From: Candidatus Lachnoclostridium stercoripullorum
GTDB lineage: Bacteria > Bacillota > Clostridia > Lachnospirales > Lachnospiraceae
Direction: 5' to 3'
DNA: 45,449 nt
Assembly: GCA_019114845.1 (NCBI GenBank)
Contig: DXEU01000149.1
Span: 1-45,449, forward strand
Both the position numbers and the translations under genes were made by a program. The notes under the pieces were generated by a model. It was not told where the DNA came from and did not search any database. It saw nothing but the letters and a program-made list of their open reading frames with translations. Positions within the stretch are counted from its first letter, which is position 1, and the number at the start of each line of letters is the position of its first letter. Positions 35,892-42,145 of this stretch are shown piece after piece.

Positions 35892-37391
35892 ATGAAGCGA
35901 TGTCTGAACTGTATGGAAGAATTTGAGGATCACCTGAGGATCTGCCCCGCCTGCGGCGGGGGAAAGGGCAGGGAATACCCGTTCGCCCTGAAGGCGGGAA
36001 GCATTCTCCAGGGGCGGTATATTGTGGGCAACTGTCAGAGAGCCAGAGCCTGCGACATTCGCTATATAGGCTGGGATGCCCTGTTTGAGAGAAAGGTCTT
36101 TATCGAGGAATTTTATCCAGCCAGGCTGGCGGACCGGGATGAGAACGGGAGAGTCTGGCCTGCATCCGGGCAGGAGGAGGCGTACCGGGAGAATCTGGGG
36201 CGCTTTGTCCATTTCAGAAAAGAGCTGATCCGGCTCTACAAGGAGACGGACATCGAGGAGGTATACAGCTGCTTTGAGGAGAACGGCACCGCCTACGCCG
36301 CGTTCCGCTATACAGAGGACCGAACCCTGGAGGACCTGGTCAGCGGGAACGTCCTCTTAGAGGACAGCGACGCCATGGCTTTCCTCTACATGGCCCTGGA
36401 GGCGGTGAAAAAGATCCACGGCCTCGGCCTCACCCACGGGGCGGTGAACCTGGAGAATCTCCAGGTGACGGCCGAGGGCAAGCTGGTGCTGACCGGCTTC
36501 GGGGAGCCGTGCCACTGGTGCGGGGATCCGGAACAGATCGACTATGGAAACCCGGGGGAGGAGACGGATCTTTTCGGCCTGGCCCTGGTGTTCGGGAAAA
36601 TGCTTCTCGGCAAGAGCGGAGCCGGACCGGCGGAGATTGTGAAGTATCTGGATTCCGGAGACCACCATCTGCCGGTGAGGACGGTTCAGGCCTTAAAGCA
36701 CAGCCTGACCAGGGATCCCAAAAAAAGGCTCACCTCCCTGGACAGCTTCTATGACCGGCTGTTCGGCGACAGCATGACCATGAAGCTGGCGGAGGGCGAG
36801 GGGAGGTCCCGGGGCTCATCGGGGAGAGGAAAACGCCGCCTGGTGATCTGTGCGGCGGCGGTGATCCTGTTTTTGGGCGCTTTCCTGGCGGCCAACCGCC
36901 CGGGAAGAGAGCAGACGGGCCTGATCGAACTCCCCGGGGACACGGAGACGAGAGGAGAGTTCGCGGCCGCAGCCGGGGCGATGGCCGGACAGTTCAGAGT
37001 CGGGCGCGGGGCCTCATCGGTGAGGCTGGGAAAAGCCGGATTGGAGCTGTTGAAGGGCGGCACGGGGAATTCCCAGGAAGGGGGATTCGGAGGCCTGAAC
37101 GCCCTGCTCAAGGAAAAGACGGAGGAGGACGGCGAGGCCGAGGAGGAGAAGGAGACTTCCTCCAAATCGACTTCCAAGGTGTCTGACAAGTCATCGGCGA
37201 AAGCGCCCGCCAAGGTGCCGGAGACAAAAGCGCCCGCCAAGGCGCCGGAGACGAAAGCGCCCGCCAAGCCGGCCACTCAGCCGGCCACTCAGGCGCCCAC
37301 CCGGGCACCGGAGACCACAGCGCCGGAGAGGCATTCACCTTCTGAGACGAAGAAAGATGCCCTGGTTGTCCCGAAGGGGCCGCAGGGATAG
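35892..37391 (+). CDS. Membrane pseudokinase (Zn ribbon-degenerate kinase-TM-low-complexity tail)
   Basis: CLNC...CPAC and LKAGSILQGRYIVG match the neighbouring kinases, but the Gly loop is lost, AIKE becomes FIEE, HRD becomes HGA and DFG becomes GFG. Confidence 0.85.
   Translation: MKRCLNCMEEFEDHLRICPACGGGKGREYPFALKAGSILQGRYIVGNCQRARACDIRYIGWDALFERKVFIEEFYPARLADRDENGRVWPASGQEEAYRENLGRFVHFRKELIRLYKETDIEEVYSCFEENGTAYAAFRYTEDRTLEDLVSGNVLLEDSDAMAFLYMALEAVKKIHGLGLTHGAVNLENLQVTAEGKLVLTGFGEPCHWCGDPEQIDYGNPGEETDLFGLALVFGKMLLGKSGAGPAEIVKYLDSGDHHLPVRTVQALKHSLTRDPKKRLTSLDSFYDRLFGDSMTMKLAEGEGRSRGSSGRGKRRLVICAAAVILFLGAFLAANRPGREQTGLIELPGDTETRGEFAAAAGAMAGQFRVGRGASSVRLGKAGLELLKGGTGNSQEGGFGGLNALLKEKTEEDGEAEEEKETSSKSTSKVSDKSSAKAPAKVPETKAPAKAPETKAPAKPATQPATQAPTRAPETTAPERHSPSETKKDALVVPKGPQG
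37200..37330 (+). repeat. 27-bp (KAPAK[V/A]PET) and 12-bp (PATQ) coding repeats
   Basis: Directly visible in both DNA and protein. Confidence 0.8.
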
Positions 37392-37544
37392 ACGGATCTA
37401 TGCCGCCGGACCGGCGGCGGGATTTATAAAGGCGATGGCGCGGGAGGCGAGCGGCTGGGCCGCAAGCCGGCCGCGAGATCGCGGCGGATGGGAGAAAACC
37501 TTCTGCCGTCCGCATAGAAATACAGGAATGGATAGGAGACAGAC

Positions 37545-39725
37545 ATGGAAAGACGTTGCATGGGATGCATGGAGATGTACGATGAGCAGTTTGAGATCTG
37601 TCCGCACTGCGGGTACGTACATGGGACTCCGCCCAAGGAGGCGTATCACATCACGCCGGGTTCCCTGCTGGCGGGGCGGTATATCATAGGCCGTGTGCTG
37701 GGCTTCGGCGGATTCGGAATCACCTATATCGGGTACGATCAGGTGCTGGAGACCAAGGTGGCCATCAAGGAGTATATGCCGGGAGAATTTTCCACCCGTA
37801 TGCCCAACCAGCAGATGGTGACGGTTTACTCTGGAGAGCGGGCGGAGCAGTTCCACGAGGGAATGTTGAAAATCATCGACGAGGCCAGAAGGCTGGCCCA
37901 GTTCCAGAATGAGCCGAACATCGTGCACATTTACGACTGCTTTGAGGCCAACAACACGGCCTACATCGTCATGGAGTACCTGGACGGCGAGTCGGTGAAG
38001 GAGCTTTTGGCCAGGACGGGAAAGATCCCTGTGGATCAGGCATTGGATATTGTGCTGAAGGTGATCTCGGCCATGAAGAAGGTGCACGAGATCGGCATTA
38101 TCCACCGGGATATCGCACCGGATAATATCTACATACTGAAGGATGGAAATGTAAAGATTCTGGACTTTGGAGCGGCCAGGTACGCCACCACCAAGCACAG
38201 CAAGAGCCTTTCCGTGATCATCAAGCCGGGGTACGCGCCGGAGGAGCAGTACCGCAGCCGGGGCGACCAGGGGCCGTGGACGGATGTGTACGCCCTGGCG
38301 GCCACCTTTTACAAGATGATCACCGGGGTGACGCCGGAGGACGCCATGGAGCGCAGCGTCAAGGACCTGCTGAAGAAACCGTCCAAGCTGGGAATCTCCA
38401 TTCCCAAGGGGATGGAGACAGCCATCATGAACGGGCTGAACGTGCGGATTGAGGACCGGACCCAGACGATGGATGAGTTTGAGCAGGAGCTCATGGCCGC
38501 GGAGGTGAAGGAGAAGGTGGCCAGGCAGCGCCGGGCCGACGTGGGAAAGATCCCCATGTGGGCCAAGATCGCCGCTGCGGTGGGCAGCTTGGCGGTGATT
38601 GCCCTGGCGGTGATCGTCATGACCTTCAACTTCATGCCCAAATTGGAAGAATACGCCCTGCCGGAGGGAAAGACCATGGTGCCCAACATGGTGAACCAGG
38701 ATCTGGAGACGGCGGAGCAGATGGGAAATGAGAAACAGCTGCAGGTGATGGTGCAGTCCATGAAATATTCGGCGGTGATCCCGGAGGGAAATGTCACCAA
38801 CCAGCTGATCCCCACGGGAACCGTGGTGGATGTGCAGACGGAAGTGGGACTGGAGATCAGCCGAGGCAAGGAGAAGGTGGTGGTTCCCCTGGTTCAGGGC
38901 ATGGGCCAGGAGGAGGCAGTCGCCGCCCTGGAGGAGGCGGAGCTTACCGTGGAGACCAGGGAGGTGGACAACGAGTACTTCGCCCCTGGTTCCGTAGTGA
39001 GCCAGAGCATCGAGGGCAACACCACAGCGGTCAAGGGAGATACCATCATCCTGGAGATCGCCAAGGACAACGGCGGCGGAGATCCAAACATCATGGTGAG
39101 CGTTCCCATGCTGGAGGGCATGGACCTGACGGAGGCTCAGCAGCTTGCGAGGGAGGATCACCTGTACATCTATACGGTTGAAAATGAATTCAGCGACACC
39201 GTGCCGGAGGGAGCCATCATCTCCCAGGAGACGGCTGCGGGAGAGCAGGTGGCGCAGAACTCCACCATCCGCGTGGTGGTCAGCATGGGACGGGAGAAGG
39301 TTCAGATGCCCGGCGTGGAGACCATGGAGCGGCAGGCAGCGGTGGATGCCCTGGAGACCCTGGGACTGACCGTCACCATAGAGGAGGAGTACTCCAACAC
39401 CTTTAGAGAGGGAACGGTTATCAGCCAGAGCGTGGCTGCGGATGAGATGGTGGAGAAGGGAACCTCAGTGACCCTGACCATCAGCCGGGGACCGGCGCCG
39501 CAGAGACAGACTCAGCCGGCCAGACAGCCGCAGACCCAGACGGCCAGACAGCCGGCCACCCAGGCACCCCAGACGCAGGCTCCGGCGCCCACCCAGCCCG
39601 CGACCACAGCGCCGCCGGCTACCCAGGCGCCCACTCAGGCACCCACCCAAGCGCCCACCCAGGCTCCCTCCAACAACAAGGAGAACCTGATCAATAATCA
39701 GCTGGGCGGAATCGGAGCACAGTGA
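37545..39725 (+). CDS. Receptor Ser/Thr kinase with Zn ribbon and four PASTA domains
   Basis: CMGC...CPHC; GFGGFG, AIKE, HRDIAPDN, DFG, APEE; TM helix; four VP.v.G....A...G.v..Q repeats; Q/T/P/A-rich tail. Confidence 0.93.
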   Translation: MERRCMGCMEMYDEQFEICPHCGYVHGTPPKEAYHITPGSLLAGRYIIGRVLGFGGFGITYIGYDQVLETKVAIKEYMPGEFSTRMPNQQMVTVYSGERAEQFHEGMLKIIDEARRLAQFQNEPNIVHIYDCFEANNTAYIVMEYLDGESVKELLARTGKIPVDQALDIVLKVISAMKKVHEIGIIHRDIAPDNIYILKDGNVKILDFGAARYATTKHSKSLSVIIKPGYAPEEQYRSRGDQGPWTDVYALAATFYKMITGVTPEDAMERSVKDLLKKPSKLGISIPKGMETAIMNGLNVRIEDRTQTMDEFEQELMAAEVKEKVARQRRADVGKIPMWAKIAAAVGSLAVIALAVIVMTFNFMPKLEEYALPEGKTMVPNMVNQDLETAEQMGNEKQLQVMVQSMKYSAVIPEGNVTNQLIPTGTVVDVQTEVGLEISRGKEKVVVPLVQGMGQEEAVAALEEAELTVETREVDNEYFAPGSVVSQSIEGNTTAVKGDTIILEIAKDNGGGDPNIMVSVPMLEGMDLTEAQQLAREDHLYIYTVENEFSDTVPEGAIISQETAAGEQVAQNSTIRVVVSMGREKVQMPGVETMERQAAVDALETLGLTVTIEEEYSNTFREGTVISQSVAADEMVEKGTSVTLTISRGPAPQRQTQPARQPQTQTARQPATQAPQTQAPAPTQPATTAPPATQAPTQAPTQAPTQAPSNNKENLINNQLGGIGAQ
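39500..39670 (+). repeat. Low-complexity QPATQAP/TQAP coding repeats
   Basis: TQAP recurs at the 3' end of the PASTA kinase gene. Confidence 0.8.
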
Positions 39726-39794
39726 CGGGAGCGGAGCACAGGAAGATAGGATAGAACCAGAGGAATGTTCAGATATAAGAAGGAGGCAACGCAT

Positions 39795-40493
39795 ATGAAG
39801 AAACAATTGGGAGCTGTTTTGCTGACACTCGCCCTGTCGGCGGCGGCATCGGTGACCGCCTGGGCCGGCTGGGAGACGGACGGGACGTCCTGGTGGTACA
39901 ATTATGACGAGGGGGGCTACGCCTCCTCCGGCATCCGCACCATCGACGGCCTCAACTACTGCTTTGACGCCAACGGCTACATGCTGACCGGCTGGCAGTA
40001 CCTCGACTGGAAGTGGTACTTCTTTGACGCCGGCGGCGTCCAGGCTCAGGGCTGGGCCATGATCGACGGGACCTGGTACTACCTGGATCCCAACGAGAAC
40101 GGCGCCATGAGAACCTACTGGCTGACTCTGCCGGATTCCAAGAACTCCAGCAAGATGAACCAGTACTACCTGGATGAGACGGGGGCGCTCCAGACGGGAA
40201 TCTTCTACCTGTCCAAGGATGTCCACGACGGCTGGCAGTTCACCTACGAGGCGGACGCCGACGGCGTGCTGATCTGCAATAAGAAGGAGACAGCTGGGGA
40301 TACGGAGTACTGGCATGACGATGCCGGACGCATCCGTTTCCGCAATCCGGACACGATCCGGGCCGCAGAGGAGGAAGGAACGGACGAATGGCAGTATCTG
40401 TTCAGCCCGGCCTGGCAGGAGGAGGCTCTGAGAGAGCAGCAGGAAGAAGAGATGATGAACTACGAGGACGAGTTTGACGACTGGTGGGATTGA
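39795..40493 (+). CDS. Secreted cell-wall-binding-repeat (choline-binding-like) protein
   Basis: AAGGAGG RBS; signal peptide ending AWA; GW...WYFFD..G / YYLD..G repeats; no catalytic domain seen. Confidence 0.88.
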   Translation: MKKQLGAVLLTLALSAAASVTAWAGWETDGTSWWYNYDEGGYASSGIRTIDGLNYCFDANGYMLTGWQYLDWKWYFFDAGGVQAQGWAMIDGTWYYLDPNENGAMRTYWLTLPDSKNSSKMNQYYLDETGALQTGIFYLSKDVHDGWQFTYEADADGVLICNKKETAGDTEYWHDDAGRIRFRNPDTIRAAEEEGTDEWQYLFSPAWQEEALREQQEEEMMNYEDEFDDWWD

Positions 40494-40501
40494 TGAGCAG
40501 C

Positions 40502-40529
40502 GGGGCAGAGGTCGCATGACCTCTGCCCC
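40502..40529. terminator. 12-bp perfect hairpin closing the kinase cluster
   Basis: GGGGCAGAGGTC-gcat-GACCTCTGCCCC; no clear U-tract. Confidence 0.55.
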
Positions 40530-40570
40530 ATCAAAATGTCCGGGGACAGCGCGCTGCGGGCAGGCATATG

Positions 40571-40616
40571 GACGACGAAAAGGGCCGCTCCTGTGGGAGC
40601 AGCCCTTTTCGTTGTT
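40571..40616. terminator. Bidirectional rho-independent terminator
   Basis: CGAAAAGGGCCGCTCC-tgtg-GGAGCAGCCCTTTTCG with A/T tracts on both sides. Confidence 0.8.
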
Positions 40617-40757
40617 ATTGGGAATGGTAGGTATATAAATAAGAAAATGTTATAGGGGGGCCGGACGGTATCACCCGTCCGGTATGAGTATGAAAAAGCT
40701 TTCTAATCCCAAGCATCTGCTGCTTGAAATAAGGCTCGTTACCCTTTCGGATAACTT
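40571..40757 (-). ncRNA. Candidate structured small RNA
   Basis: Minus-strand hairpins GTTATCC-GAAA-GGGTAAC, TTCAAGCA-gcaga-TGCTTGG and CCGGACGG-gtgata-CCGTCCGG, ending at the terminator; TTGACA on the minus strand at 40781-40786. Confidence 0.4.
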
Positions 40758-40927
40758 ACTTATAATATAAAGAGCAAATGTGTCAAAAGTATGTCCCCTC
40801 CATAAAAAAAGAATAAAATTTCTGACGGAAAAATAAAAAAGATGGAAAATAAAAAATTTGAGAAAATCTCTTTGAAAAACCAGGGATCTTGTATATAATA
40901 AAAAAGAGGAAGAGACAGGAGGAAGCT

Positions 40928-41941
40928 ATGAATATGTTCATGTCCAATGATATTGGAATAGATTTGGGCACTGCCAGTATCCTTGTGTACATTAAGGGCA
41001 AGGGCGTAGTGCTGAAGGAACCGTCCGTGGTCGCCATCGACCGCGATACCAATAAAATCATCACATTCGGCGAGGAGGCCAGGCTGATGATCGGCCGCAC
41101 GCCGGGGAATATTGTGGCGGTGCGCCCCCTGCGCCAGGGCGTGATCTCCGACTACACGGTGACGGAGAAGATGTTAAAGTATTTCATCAACAAGGCGGTG
41201 GGCAAGCGCACGCTGCGCAAGCCCCGCATCAGCGTCTGCATCCCCAGCGGAGCCACGGAGGTGGAGAAGAAGGCGGTGGAGGACGCCACCTACCAGGCGG
41301 GAGCCAGGGAGGTGACCATCATCGAGGAGCCGGTGGCGGCTGCCATCGGAGCGGGGATCGACATCTCCAAGGCCTGCGGCAACATGATCGTGGACATCGG
41401 CGGCGGCACCTCCGATATCGCCGTGATTTCCCTGGGCGGCACGGTGGTGAGCACGTCCATCAAGGTGGCGGGAGATGATTTCGACGAGGCCTTGGTGCGC
41501 TACATGAGAAAGAAGCACAACCTTCTCATCGGCGAGAGGACGGCGGAGGAGATCAAGATCAACATCGGCGCGGCCTACAAGAGACCGGAGTCCCTGACCA
41601 TGGAGGTGCGGGGGCGGAATCTGGTGACCGGCCTGCCAAAGACCATCATGGTGACGTCGGACGAGACGCTGGAGGCCCTCAGAGAGCCGGCCATGCAGAT
41701 TGTGGACGCTGTGCACGGAGTGCTGGAGCGGACGCCCCCGGAGCTGGCGGCGGACATCTATGACCGGGGCATCGTGCTGACGGGCGGCGGATCTCTGCTC
41801 AGCGGACTGGATGTGCTGATTCAGGAGAAGACCGGAATCAACACCATGATCGCGGAGGACCCGCTGACGGCTGTGGCCATCGGCACGGGCCGCTTTATCG
41901 AGTTTACCCACGGCGGCGACAACCGGGATCGGGAGTATTGA
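40928..41941 (+). CDS. mreB: Rod shape-determining protein MreB/Mbl family
   Basis: IGIDLGTAS, EPSVVA, RPLRQGVI, IEEPVAAAIGAG, VDIGGGTSD, LTGGGSLL. Confidence 0.95.
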   Translation: MNMFMSNDIGIDLGTASILVYIKGKGVVLKEPSVVAIDRDTNKIITFGEEARLMIGRTPGNIVAVRPLRQGVISDYTVTEKMLKYFINKAVGKRTLRKPRISVCIPSGATEVEKKAVEDATYQAGAREVTIIEEPVAAAIGAGIDISKACGNMIVDIGGGTSDIAVISLGGTVVSTSIKVAGDDFDEALVRYMRKKHNLLIGERTAEEIKINIGAAYKRPESLTMEVRGRNLVTGLPKTIMVTSDETLEALREPAMQIVDAVHGVLERTPPELAADIYDRGIVLTGGGSLLSGLDVLIQEKTGINTMIAEDPLTAVAIGTGRFIEFTHGGDNRDREY

Positions 41942-42145
41942 TCGCCGGAGGGACATGCCTGAGAATCCAGGCGGACATATGTGAATGAGACAGTCAAGGT
42001 GCTGCAAAATCAAGGATCCCCCATCTGTGCGGTGGAGGCCGGTTGCCCGCGGAGGCGGCCATCGGCGGCGGGAGAATTGGATTTTGCGGCACTTTCATAT
42101 TCTGAGCGAATTCTGAGCGAACGTGCGGGAGAGGGGGAGATTTTG

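Noticed and set aside
26945-40493. Kinase cluster as a T6SS/T7SS regulatory module, ter operon or mobile element
   Set aside because: No secretion-system structural genes, ter genes, integrase, transposase or att-like flanking repeats are visible; base composition looks similar to the flanks by eye.
40722-40745. GAAATAAGGCTCGTTA resembles part of the SpCas9 tracrRNA
   Set aside because: The match is short, there is no cas9 or array, and folding evidence favours the opposite strand.
40684-40770. Small + strand ORF MSMKKLSNPKHLLLEIRLVTLSDNLLII
   Set aside because: No RBS, only 28 aa, and it overlaps the better-supported minus-strand RNA structure.
41981-42145. N-terminal extension of RecD2 and an 11-bp tandem repeat (ATTCTGAGCGA x2, 42099-42120)
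   Set aside because: The RBS and RecD2-like sequence start at ~42146; the repeat is too short to interpret.
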